Notes under the pieces: generated by a model
What the model was told of the DNA's origin: nothing
The model's input: the letters and a program-made list of their open reading frames with translations, nothing else
Database searches by the model: none
Translations under genes and position numbers: made by a program
Virus record (IMG/VR): IMGVR_UViG_3300045988_117149
Direction: 5' to 3' (one strand)
DNA from: a virus
DNA: 64,000 bases
Shown here: positions 11,501-18,659 of the stretch, one piece after another
Position numbering within the stretch: the first letter of the stretch is position 1
How the letters are laid out: each line of letters starts with the position of its first letter

Positions 11501-11682
11501 GTAAAATCGTTTTTAGATAAGCCATAACCTTCTTTCTTATCTACCTTATCCTTGATAGAAAGTACGAAGGCCCAGAACTCATTAATAGTTCCGGCAAAGC
11601 CAGCACGAACAAAGTCATCATAGTAACCTTGTAACAACCGCTGGTCAATTTCTTCGCAGGTATAATACTTACTTACATACAT
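5512..11682 (-). CDS. giant fibre protein (2056 aa): coiled-coil rod, repeat modules, C-terminal S74 intramolecular chaperone
   Basis: Long [DE]R..AD..L...ID.E heptad-like arrays. Three ~95-aa repeats (G.[SL][ST].NDFT...KAKLDGIEE.ANYITK...ALG[ND]DPNFA). Six A-G-[VT]-M-[ST]-A-x-D-K-x-x-L-D motifs. C-terminal SDERLKSNIKPL motif. Confidence 0.85.
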   Translation of the reverse strand: MYVSKYYTCEEIDQRLLQGYYDDFVRAGFAGTINEFWAFVLSIKDKVDKKEGYGLSKNDFTDELKAKLDGIEEKANYITKVSELENDLKFQTEEDVKKAISDLVDGADDALDTLKELAEALGNDPNFATTITNKLTELRTSLSEEVSRAKEAEAALGAAIAAVDDNLKYAAEQLINKIDTVKADLKADIARVEAKADKNAEDIKDLNDKVNDKSDEIKDELKSLIQQEKDERIAADNEIKESVNELKTLHINDKAALEAKIAEEVSNRTNADTILDSKINEEITNRQSDTQALQSKIDQEAVDRHSEDQVLHNEISKEVADRTNADNALQGKIDQEAQARTSADQVLQNNIDSEATARAAQDLVLDHKIEDVKLQGQADKTQLLEAIATETQARKDADTALDNKKVDKREGYSLTKNDFTDILKAKLDGIEEKANYITKLSELINDMDFQNEEQVNAAIQKIVGSAPEVLDTLKEIADALGNDPNFATTITKKLAALTEEINQEKEDRIAGDAANSAEVATEKADRIAADTALETKLKEYIDNKSTAGDTALNVVKDNLNKEIQDRKDADAAIQASLDKEIADRKTADEAYTVSLNNVNKRVSELALSIQDSINTLRNELTEQVNANTTAIATNQHDIERNSEAITNLTKTVGDNYKEVKDMINEEIVDRTNADSGLSSRIDNVNIDLNTERVERTAADQVLQVNLDKEVADRTAADKALSTEFTAKLDNTKQALESEVGKLNTKIDQEKTDRAAADTALGARIDTLEAGNTTAMNDLKEQVKNNTTAINTEKDRAIAKETSLEAKIDTNLQNHKDDMAAINQDILTEKNERLAGDTLLQTNIDKEATERANQDTLINNAIAQEKADRTAADQAMDNKKVDKVDGKGLSANDFTDLLYAKLDGIEEHANYITKVSELLNDSDFQNAEQVEAAIQKIIGSAPEVLDTLAEIAKALGDDPNFAATMTAKLTELENKLTAEKNLREQGDDNLQQSFTNLSTTLTTTVNDLRTFVSETRTELLTSLNATNALVNQNSANIQRNLELIQGIQDNVNGNYTAIKDLLESEIATRKSEDIRLEAKIDQNTSDLNTEREERIAADKVLQDNIDAEEAARIAEDKKINARIDKEIQDRTDADTALDNKFTAITNDHEERLVAEEGTSDALPGTMVTDVSAVTRNATQLTFKVKTSTKDQENNQYGDEVEATKNLLPVTQTLAGVMSAADKVKLDGLDPNAITEISAASDADKVTVTVTKDNGLNDDTTDTFDLPVVSADKAGTMTAKDKVELDRINTANFALGAVTPNETTVGIAATKTNVEDGTTVQNPITLPSSTPEKAGVQSAADKKLFDSIPDKVIILSGDKPVEVVQQSSHVTLTHKFSSKKESGIYTSEAGDFKTTYIPAATETLAGVMTAADKVNLDETLPDAIAQEVQDRKDAIEALTNSSTAALNKEIQDRKDADTALDTKFTKAVADEAKARTDADTALGARIDKEISDRTAADTALDNKLQANIDALEAKHDAFVATKGKANGFASLDANGTVPANQLPSYVDDIIDVYATYDKSATGELTNIKLYSDAAHQNAITGEAGKIYINITNGEPPYQFRWTGTIFARADAQVLILGQITGTAFDGGRGKELEDQVASLKANGASHFNNNTYQASTVRLNFKCWFGNGNIQDHYSQITAATASQAGVMTAADKVKLDTTLPNQIATETTNRTNADNAITAKINSFPDHILGRDLENSGNLINLITSATKLTIGYWWTERKEDGSFQVNETQHTFDIPAATQTVAGVMTAADKKNLDNTVTGLANEITNRTNAINSLRTELKTYIDEAVGNTDTDLTALETKVNQHIANKSNPHGVTKAQVGLGNADNTSDANKPVSTAQASAIADAKAAGTAAQTSISNHAGRKDNPHSVTRTQLGLATTDQVVFAKTTAPSGFWKESSDERLKSNIKPLTHTLEQICSIPTESFIMDGKEDEGTIAQGLEAAGFNNYVEEDPRTKDSVPNPEEFETVVIDGEEYVLVKQVKYHKMSTLAIEGIKLLYDEIKALKAEISELRNLKDVD
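5515..5874 (-). other. Peptidase S74-type intramolecular chaperone / autoproteolysis domain of the fibre
   Basis: Last 120 aa begin at S-DERLKSNIKPL...ICSIPTESF, the hallmark of endosialidase/tail-spike C-terminal chaperone domains that cleave at the conserved Ser. Confidence 0.75.
8767..9051 (-). repeat. fibre internal repeat copy 3 (aa ~878-972)
   Basis: KVDGKGLSANDFTDLLYAKLDGIEEHANYITKVSELLNDSDFQNAEQVEAAIQKIIGSAPEVLDTLAEIAKALGDDPNFAATMTAKLTEL. Confidence 0.8.
10189..10473 (-). repeat. fibre internal repeat copy 2 (aa ~404-498)
   Basis: KREGYSLTKNDFTDILKAKLDGIEEKANYITKLSELINDMDFQNEEQVNAAIQKIVGSAPEVLDTLKEIADALGNDPNFATTITKKLAAL. Confidence 0.8.
11263..11544 (-). repeat. fibre internal repeat copy 1 (aa ~47-140)
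   Basis: KKEGYGLSKNDFTDELKAKLDGIEEKANYITKVSELENDLKFQTEEDVKKAISDLVDGADDALDTLKELAEALGNDPNFATTITNKLTEL. Confidence 0.8.
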
Positions 11683-11694
11683 ATTTTTAAAAAT

Positions 11695-12120
11695 TTAAGG
11701 ATTAATTACTGCACGTTGACGACCCAGTAAGAATTCAGAGTCGATATCTCTGAAAGGTTCTTCTTCTGAACCACAGAAAGCATTTTGTGGTACATCTGGA
11801 TTTTCTAGGTCTACATCTCCACCGTCCTCAATATCTCCCCGTATGCAAGCATAATCAGGAAGCCTATTTACCCGGAACTTAATTACCTGGCCAATACCAG
11901 GATGAGGTATTATCTTATCCCAAATATCCCCGAAGTAATCTTGAAAGCAGGTGACAAATTTGTTTCCGGTCATCGATTGAAATGCCGTTACATCATTGCC
12001 ATTACCTTTCATTTCAATATGAACTCCAGAGGTACCGTTAAGGATAACCAAGTTACTATCAAACCAAATTCCATTGTTGGTAGTAATTGGTGTCCACCTC
12101 AGTACTAACATCTTTGCCAT
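11695..12120 (-). CDS. hypothetical structural-module protein (141 aa)
   Basis: ORF-track ORF between the head genes and the fibre. No motif recognised. Confidence 0.55.
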   Translation of the reverse strand: MAKMLVLRWTPITTNNGIWFDSNLVILNGTSGVHIEMKGNGNDVTAFQSMTGNKFVTCFQDYFGDIWDKIIPHPGIGQVIKFRVNRLPDYACIRGDIEDGGDVDLENPDVPQNAFCGSEEEPFRDIDSEFLLGRQRAVINP

Positions 12121-12131
12121 ATACTTTATTT

Positions 12132-12608
12132 TTATTCTACAAATTCTACTTTTGTATCTCGGTCTCTCTTTAGGATAACCATGAAAACCAAAGCCTCATC
12201 CTTAGCTTGAGCCGTTTGAGTATCACCTGATGGCTTATAAACTATACCGTTGATTACAAACCTATCTTGTTCCCAATTAAAATCCCAATAACCTTCCGGT
12301 GTAAGATAACCGATTTGTTCTATATAAGATTTAGAAATTAGTATTGATAAGTTTTCGTCATCCAATTCCCCAGTGATAGTTGCCTTGTTGATAGGCCAGT
12401 TTCTGAAAGCATTGTAGTAACATAATGCTTCGATTTGGATGTTATAATATTTAGGTATACTATCCTCAGCATGGCTGAGAAGTTGGTTAACGTTTTTTGC
12501 CCAAGTGATTGTTTGTCTACCGGCATCCCAATCTAAGAAGTCAGTGATAATTTTCTTGTACCTATCCCAAGAGCGGTTCTTTACCATTCTCCAGGGTTCT
12601 TTTGTCAT
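12132..12608 (-). CDS. hypothetical structural-module protein (158 aa)
   Basis: ORF-track ORF with a 4-nt overlap with the upstream gene. Confidence 0.55.
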   Translation of the reverse strand: MTKEPWRMVKNRSWDRYKKIITDFLDWDAGRQTITWAKNVNQLLSHAEDSIPKYYNIQIEALCYYNAFRNWPINKATITGELDDENLSILISKSYIEQIGYLTPEGYWDFNWEQDRFVINGIVYKPSGDTQTAQAKDEALVFMVILKRDRDTKVEFVE

Positions 12609-13501
12609 AACTCAGTAAGGATTGATTTATTACCACCTTTCACAGGAGTACTTGGATTAGGTCCATCCAATACACCCGGTTGCCTTCGGTTAACTACTCG
12701 AGGAACTACGGTTCGTGATACAGAATCACAGAACGGCAGGTATATTTCTAATCTTGAAGCTAACATACAAAGGTTCTTTCTTAATTCATCTATTAAGCCA
12801 CCTGGTTGCATTGCTTGAGAAAGTGTTTTCCATAATGAGCTTGCAGCTTCTGCCAGAGTGTCATAATATTGAACTTCAGTGGGCCCAGTAGTGATTTGTT
12901 TAATCCTATCACCTCGGGCAAGTTCAGGTTTAGAAGTACCATCACCAGTTTGCTCTTTGGTAGATGTAATTTGACTTAGGTATTCGGAAGTACTTGTCAA
13001 TAGATTAAGTATCTTCACATTAAGAAAGTCCCATGCTGCCAATTCCATTATTAATTGGTTTTCTAGTGCTTCATACCATAATTCATCAGTATATTTATCT
13101 GGTGCTATTGCATGGTTTACTAGCGGTCCAATATAATATTGCCATTTAGTGATGTATATAGATTTCTCTTCCCTGGTCATACCATCGGATATTTCTGAAG
13201 GTATGTAGTAATCGATTAAGTTATATATTGTATCGGCTAATGCCGTATGCCCATAATCACAAACTACCAGAGTCTTATCTACGGTAAGGTCTAAACCGGC
13301 AGAGTTAGTTACGTGTAGGGTAACTGTATAAAAACCGGGAGTTTCATAAGAATAGGAAACATGTCTTCCACCATTGAAAACCTCTCCCTTATCATCGCCA
13401 AAGTCCCAGTCAAAAATAGATTTGGCCGGGACTTTGGATATGACTCTGAATGAAACTTCCAGACCTGACGTAACGTACAAAAAGTCTAGATTGTCTTTCA
13501 T
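12605..13501 (-). CDS. PKD-domain protein (298 aa), head-proximal
   Basis: N-terminal FDWDFGDDKGEVFNGGRHVSYSYETPGFYTVTLHVTNSAG matches the PKD signature (WDFGDG...H.Y...G.Y.V.L.V.N..G). The C-terminal ~200 aa is unrecognised. Confidence 0.65.
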   Translation of the reverse strand: MKDNLDFLYVTSGLEVSFRVISKVPAKSIFDWDFGDDKGEVFNGGRHVSYSYETPGFYTVTLHVTNSAGLDLTVDKTLVVCDYGHTALADTIYNLIDYYIPSEISDGMTREEKSIYITKWQYYIGPLVNHAIAPDKYTDELWYEALENQLIMELAAWDFLNVKILNLLTSTSEYLSQITSTKEQTGDGTSKPELARGDRIKQITTGPTEVQYYDTLAEAASSLWKTLSQAMQPGGLIDELRKNLCMLASRLEIYLPFCDSVSRTVVPRVVNRRQPGVLDGPNPSTPVKGGNKSILTEL

Positions 13502-13530
13502 ATTAGTCTGTCTTATGTAATTTTCATAGA

Positions 13531-13932
13531 CTACCCTTTAGAAGAGGATTCAAAATCTTCCAGCAAAGCCTGCAACAGAGTCTCTACTGTATCGTTCGGT
13601 TCTGCTTCGATTTCGTGGAGTTTTGCAACCAACTTCAGTTCCTCAAGTGAGTAAGCCTTGGCAATTTTTTCCAAAGTCATACCTTTCTTGAACTGAGCAG
13701 TCAATCTCTTGTCCATCTTTTCGATGTCGGCTTCCGAATACTTTTCGATATCGGTTTTGTCGGCAACGATAATCAAATGACCTGCAGCGATAGCCTTTTG
13801 GATTTTCGGTGATCTCCATTGACGGCGGCTGAGTTCTTTGTCTTCTCCTTTACATACGGTAATCCCCGTTGATTGGTCATGAAAACTGTAAGCTCTTGGT
13901 CCCACAGTTACGGTATATTTTTCTTTAGCCAT
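13531..13932 (-). CDS. hypothetical protein (133 aa)
   Basis: ORF-track ORF after the capsid-gene terminator, with a charged helical C-terminus. Confidence 0.5.
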   Translation of the reverse strand: MAKEKYTVTVGPRAYSFHDQSTGITVCKGEDKELSRRQWRSPKIQKAIAAGHLIIVADKTDIEKYSEADIEKMDKRLTAQFKKGMTLEKIAKAYSLEELKLVAKLHEIEAEPNDTVETLLQALLEDFESSSKG

Positions 13933-13961
13933 ATTTTCTAAGATTTAAAAAGTGATAAAGA

Positions 13962-13989
13962 GAGGATAGGCTTTTTAGTTCCTACCCTC
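13962..13989 (-). terminator. hairpin terminator after the capsid gene
   Basis: GAGGATAGG / CCTACCCTC stem (8 of 9 pairs) with a 10-nt loop. On the minus strand it is followed by TTATCACTTTTT. Confidence 0.5.
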
Positions 13990-14023
13990 CCTTGGGAATT
14001 TATATAGATAAAACCGGACTACC

Positions 14024-15142
14024 TTATTCAAGGTTTACCATCAAGTAAGGGTCAACGTTCATGAATTCGGGGAATCCATTTTCGCTGAATCTCTTGTCGG
14101 CAGCCAGCAACAGAGTTGCATCCTGGTACATCTTAGAGAAACCAGTAGTCAAGCTAGCGTAGATAGCCTGAGTTTGGTTAGAAACGATTCTCTCTGATTC
14201 CAGCATCAACTGACGAGCAGTCAGCTTAATCAAAGCGGCAGATGTATCAATCAACAGCAACTGTTGGTCTGGAGTACCCGGATGGATGTAGAAGTCGGCA
14301 TTCTTGGGAACCGGAGACTTCACATTCAGTGTAGCTTCAGTTGTACCAGAGTGGCGGTCTTTGAATTCCGGCAAGTTCAACATTTCGATTGCTTGGTCTT
14401 CACCACCAATCATTGTCTGGAAGTTGCGTCCCATACGAGCAGCACGTACCCAGATATGCAAAAGGTCTTTGTAAGTGATACCGTTGGTTGTTTCGTATAC
14501 ACCGATTACCGGGGCAGACTCAGAGCCATCAGGGTTGTTACCATTGATAGCCACGTCCATAGCCAGAGTATCCAGAGCATAACCCAACTGAACACCAAAG
14601 TCACGAAGATAGATTCCCAAGACATCGAGTGAAACGTAGTTGCGAACTTCGTCAGTAAGTTTGAAACCTTTTCCGATTTTGAAGAGGCTAACTGATTTCT
14701 GTCCGAAGCTAACATCACCCAATGGGATAGTTTCTGCCTCGTTAACCTTTGCAGGTGCAGCATCCGACATGTTAACCATCGGCATGATTGCTTGCAAACC
14801 ATTGATAGGTTGGTCTGATGCAATGATGTTCGGATAGAACGGTGCCTGGCGCATACCCAGAGTGATAGCCGAGCGAATGATTTCCGGAACAATCCAACGG
14901 ACATTCTGCTGAGGCATAGTGAAGATATTCTGCATGGTATCAACTTTCGGATTGATTCCCATCTTTTCAAACAATTCATCTTCGGAAATACCCCATTTAC
15001 CGGTAACCAACTCTCCCAAGGTAATTTCTACAGGCTTCTTTTCCTGTGAACCGGAACGTACAGCTTCCAAGCTTCTTACCATTTCCGGCAGCTCATTCAT
15101 AAAATCCTGAGCCTTCATTTTTGTAATATCAATTTGTCCCAT
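14024..15142 (-). CDS. major capsid protein (HK97-fold type, 372 aa)
   Basis: Size and position (protease-scaffold, decoration-like gene, then this). Raised GC and codon bias typical of a highly expressed late gene. Followed by a terminator. Confidence 0.7.
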   Translation of the reverse strand: MGQIDITKMKAQDFMNELPEMVRSLEAVRSGSQEKKPVEITLGELVTGKWGISEDELFEKMGINPKVDTMQNIFTMPQQNVRWIVPEIIRSAITLGMRQAPFYPNIIASDQPINGLQAIMPMVNMSDAAPAKVNEAETIPLGDVSFGQKSVSLFKIGKGFKLTDEVRNYVSLDVLGIYLRDFGVQLGYALDTLAMDVAINGNNPDGSESAPVIGVYETTNGITYKDLLHIWVRAARMGRNFQTMIGGEDQAIEMLNLPEFKDRHSGTTEATLNVKSPVPKNADFYIHPGTPDQQLLLIDTSAALIKLTARQLMLESERIVSNQTQAIYASLTTGFSKMYQDATLLLAADKRFSENGFPEFMNVDPYLMVNLE

Positions 15143-15156
15143 AATTTCTTTTTGGT

Positions 15157-15630
15157 TTAACGGATGAGTACTTGAATTACATCATTTGCCTCATCTGCGG
15201 GAGTGATGGCAATGAACTGTGATTCATCTGTAGCGGCTTCAGCGATTGTGAAACGGTCATGCAAGAGGTCTGCAGTTGGGTTAATATAACCACAATCTAG
15301 AGCTTCTTTTGCAACCCAATTCAAAATCATATAACCTTGAACTGCTACGGTTACTTCTACTGGGAAGTTACGTTGAGGTTGGTAAGCAGGATTGACATTG
15401 TCAGTTACTGCTATACCCAGATATACCTGGCTACCAGCACCACCCGGGATAAACGGTTCAATCAAACCGTCAGTACCCAAAGCAACTGCCATGCCCTGTA
15501 CAATCTTTGTGTCAGCCTTTACATTGAAGGCTTGATGCAATTTGTGTGATTCACTCTTGTAAATCACCGCTCTCGGAGTTCTTTCTCCAAAGAGAGTCAT
15601 TTGCTGAGGATCGTTTACGATTTTAGTCAT
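15157..15630 (-). CDS. putative head decoration protein (DUF2190-like, 157 aa)
   Basis: Small Gly/Val-rich protein between the protease-scaffold and the MCP, the usual place for DUF2190-type decoration proteins. Confidence 0.35.
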   Translation of the reverse strand: MTKIVNDPQQMTLFGERTPRAVIYKSESHKLHQAFNVKADTKIVQGMAVALGTDGLIEPFIPGGAGSQVYLGIAVTDNVNPAYQPQRNFPVEVTVAVQGYMILNWVAKEALDCGYINPTADLLHDRFTIAEAATDESQFIAITPADEANDVIQVLIR

Positions 15631-15654
15631 AACTCTAAATATTTATATGATAAC

Positions 15655-17175
15655 TTACTTGATTTTCTTCTTGTACAGACTGTCGAGTACGCTGCCGGTT
15701 GAAGAAGGTTCTTGGTTCTGGGTAGTGTCTTCGGTTCCAGTCTTACCCTGAGTGTCATCTTCACTTACAGAAGAAGCACGGTTAACGTCCTTAGAACCGC
15801 ATTTTGCACAAGTGAGAGGGAACTTCTCTTCCAAGCGAGCTTGGTAATCCTTAGTCAAGGAAATAAGAGTAGTGATGCCAGTAGTTTCTGCATTGAGCAT
15901 CGTAACGATTGTCTCATCTGCATTTTCACCCATCAACTTCTTGTAGGTTCCTACGGCATTCTCACGGAGAGAAGCAATGTGATTTTTACCTACTGTTGCC
16001 ATTTCTGTCAAGTTTGCAACCTGAGCATTCAGATTAGTAACCTGTTCCGTAAGAGAATTTTTCTCTGTAGTAAGGTTATCAACAGAAGTTTGCAATTCGT
16101 TTCTGGATGATACCAAATTCTGAATCAAGGATACCGCAGCTTCCTGGGACATCTCTTGACCTTCTCCCAAGGTAAGCATATCCTTACCAAACAGAGATTC
16201 GAGAAATTCTTGTAATTCTTTGTTCATATTTTCTTTATTATTGGTTTTTGATTTCTCATCACCTTCTTGGTTATCATTAAAAGAACCTTGAGTATCGTCC
16301 TTTTCCTGGAAGGATGAAAAGTCTGATTTGTAATCAGTGAAGAAGTATTGCTTGGATTTATCATCCCGGTATTCTTCGTAGGATGACCAAGTCCTTTTGG
16401 CAAATGTAGGATTGATAATTTTACCATCAGAACCAATCTTCTGGGCAAATGAATCAGCACCGTGTGATACCAGAGAAGTTTCCATATACCGAACCACTTC
16501 GGTAACAATTCTTCGTACCATTTCACCCTTTGAATCATAGGTACCGAGTTTTTGATAGAATTCACTCTCTTCCATACTTGGGTGAGATTTATCCCACTTA
16601 AATTGTACGGTAACCGAATTACTATGAATTGAAGGAGGTTCCATAAGGATGCCTCTAGCAATTCTTGGGTTTGCCTTACCATCAATCTTCAGAATACCGT
16701 TGATACCTCCAGGGATAGTGAAGCTACCATCCTTATAAGCCTCTTGCCACATCACTTGAGATACAGCACCGATTGCATTACCAATGTTAGTTTCATGGTC
16801 GCAATTTACTGTTTGCCCAAGTAACATTTTCATAGAAGCCTTGAGTACTCCATTCTGACCGAAGTCTGTCGGATTCCAGTTCTTAGATACAATCGTTTCT
16901 GAGAGTAATCTGAACATCGGTTCGATAAATTCTTCGTCCTTGGGAGTAAGTTCCGATTTATCCAGGTTAGGATAATAGGTATTATAATCTATATCCCCTC
17001 CCCAAAATCCAAATTGAGCAATGGTGTCCGGTGTAGGATTCTTCCATTTGTAATAATTCTCTGAGAAAGTCTGAGCCCCAACTGCTTCTGGGATATACCC
17101 AGCCATGATTGTATGGCCCTGACCTATCGTCATTGAATCAAGATGCTCTTTGTTTTTCTTTGTAAATTTACTCAT
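15655..17175 (-). CDS. prohead protease (HK97 S78/U35-like) fused to a coiled-coil scaffold (506 aa)
   Basis: VNCDHETNIGNAIGAV and ETSLVSHGADSFAQKI resemble the His region and the E-[VI]-S-L-V-x-x-P-A motif of HK97-family proteases. The C-terminal NELQTSVDNLTTEKNSLTEQVTNLNAQVANL is a coiled coil. Confidence 0.55.
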   Translation of the reverse strand: MSKFTKKNKEHLDSMTIGQGHTIMAGYIPEAVGAQTFSENYYKWKNPTPDTIAQFGFWGGDIDYNTYYPNLDKSELTPKDEEFIEPMFRLLSETIVSKNWNPTDFGQNGVLKASMKMLLGQTVNCDHETNIGNAIGAVSQVMWQEAYKDGSFTIPGGINGILKIDGKANPRIARGILMEPPSIHSNSVTVQFKWDKSHPSMEESEFYQKLGTYDSKGEMVRRIVTEVVRYMETSLVSHGADSFAQKIGSDGKIINPTFAKRTWSSYEEYRDDKSKQYFFTDYKSDFSSFQEKDDTQGSFNDNQEGDEKSKTNNKENMNKELQEFLESLFGKDMLTLGEGQEMSQEAAVSLIQNLVSSRNELQTSVDNLTTEKNSLTEQVTNLNAQVANLTEMATVGKNHIASLRENAVGTYKKLMGENADETIVTMLNAETTGITTLISLTKDYQARLEEKFPLTCAKCGSKDVNRASSVSEDDTQGKTGTEDTTQNQEPSSTGSVLDSLYKKKIK

Positions 17176-18659
17176 CTTGGTTTAGTATTTTGGTCCCCTC
17201 GAGAAGGAGCCGGGTTATTCTTATCTCTTGACCTACGAGCAGATTGGTTTTTATCATTCTGCCTTTGTTTCTTCTTGGTACCTTCTTGTGGGTCACCTCC
17301 ACCCTTAGAGAATTGGTCCTCAAGTGAAACTCTTGGTTCATCCTCATCAGGAGAATCGTATCCCATTTCCCAAGCATATTGCTCCTGGCTAATGATACCA
17401 GCTTTGTACAACAAATCAAGGTTCTGTATCTTATACTGACGACCTTGTTGGATTTTGACTTCATCAGAAACTGTAGAAGTTCCCCAATCAATCTTCATCC
17501 CCTTATTATTAAAGCCTGCCAGACGGAGTTCTAGAGAATAAAGTCTTTCCAATACATAAGCAACAAGCATTTGTATATTTTTTAACTGGCTAATCATCTT
17601 AGACAGCATTATGCCCGTTGCACCTTCACCAGTAGTGGCAGATACCCCAATGATAGAACCGTTAACTCCAAGGCCATTAGCAACTGATTGTTGATTCATA
17701 TTCCAAGGCTTCTCTATATTACCCATTTCTTTGGTGGTAGAGTTGAGCTTGAATTCATGGTCATCAATGTAACCAGCTACTACTCCATCTTTCATACTAT
17801 CCCGAATATTACGTTTAAGTAAATTAAGTTCTCGGTTCAATCTAGCTTCATAGGCTTGAATACTTTCATTGGGTCTTTGGTTAGATTTTTGCATCTTAGC
17901 TTCAACAAAACCAACCATACCACAAAGCTCCATGATATGTTTGAAGTTAATCTTCATATCATTTTGACCTTTTAAAGAATCCAATGCAGGCATGAAAGGT
18001 GGAACTCCATAAGGTTCATCGGTATCATTGAACATACCAACATAGAAGTAAGTTTCTGGGTTCAGCTTAATGTAATCTTGTTGCTTCATCCAGAAATTAT
18101 TGTTCTTCTGGTAAGGAGAATACACTCCATTTAGTTCACGTTTAAACTTGATATATTCTGGCTTAAGGAATAATACTGTTGCCAAACCATCAAGCTTATC
18201 ATTTGGAACTCCCTCTACTGATATTGCCCCACTTACAAGAAGTTGAACAATCATTTTGTTAACCAGACCATCTATACCTGCCGTATACCGAGTCCAACCT
18301 TTAGTAGCTTCTTTAAGATGTTCTCTCATCTTAGAGGCTTCGGCATCGGTATTATTAGGGAAAGTTACAGTATGACCGGTGTTAGCTAACTTAAACATAT
18401 CCTGCAATGCAATTCCCATATCAGGATTTACCTTGTATAAATCTCTGATTAAAGGTATTACATCAACACGAAAAGAGGGTTCAACTATTTTAGTTAACCC
18501 TTGTAATGATGTTATTAAGTTATCGCTATCATCGTCAACTGAGACTCTACCAGGTGAGATAGTAGTAGATGGCTTTGCTTCCTTATTCTGGGAAGAATCA
18601 TTCTTGGGAGGGTCCTTTTTACGGCCCCAACCCCAATTAAAATTGAAGTACTTTTTCAT
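17172..18659 (-). CDS. portal protein (495 aa)
   Basis: Immediately downstream of TerL with a 4-nt overlap. Typical size, with a basic/acidic C-terminal tail. Confidence 0.65.
   Translation of the reverse strand: MKKYFNFNWGWGRKKDPPKNDSSQNKEAKPSTTISPGRVSVDDDSDNLITSLQGLTKIVEPSFRVDVIPLIRDLYKVNPDMGIALQDMFKLANTGHTVTFPNNTDAEASKMREHLKEATKGWTRYTAGIDGLVNKMIVQLLVSGAISVEGVPNDKLDGLATVLFLKPEYIKFKRELNGVYSPYQKNNNFWMKQQDYIKLNPETYFYVGMFNDTDEPYGVPPFMPALDSLKGQNDMKINFKHIMELCGMVGFVEAKMQKSNQRPNESIQAYEARLNRELNLLKRNIRDSMKDGVVAGYIDDHEFKLNSTTKEMGNIEKPWNMNQQSVANGLGVNGSIIGVSATTGEGATGIMLSKMISQLKNIQMLVAYVLERLYSLELRLAGFNNKGMKIDWGTSTVSDEVKIQQGRQYKIQNLDLLYKAGIISQEQYAWEMGYDSPDEDEPRVSLEDQFSKGGGDPQEGTKKKQRQNDKNQSARRSRDKNNPAPSRGDQNTKPR

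Noticed and set aside
14264-15110. Plus-strand and alternative-frame ORFs within the capsid gene (14264..14632, 14506..14979, 14640..14837, 14919..15110).
   Set aside because: They are embedded in a gene with strong contextual support and have no independent signals.
17143-17491. ORFs 17143..17439 (+) and 17168..17491 (-) at the portal/protease junction.
   Set aside because: They lie inside the portal C-terminus coding region in other frames, and the portal and protease genes are coupled by a 4-nt overlap.
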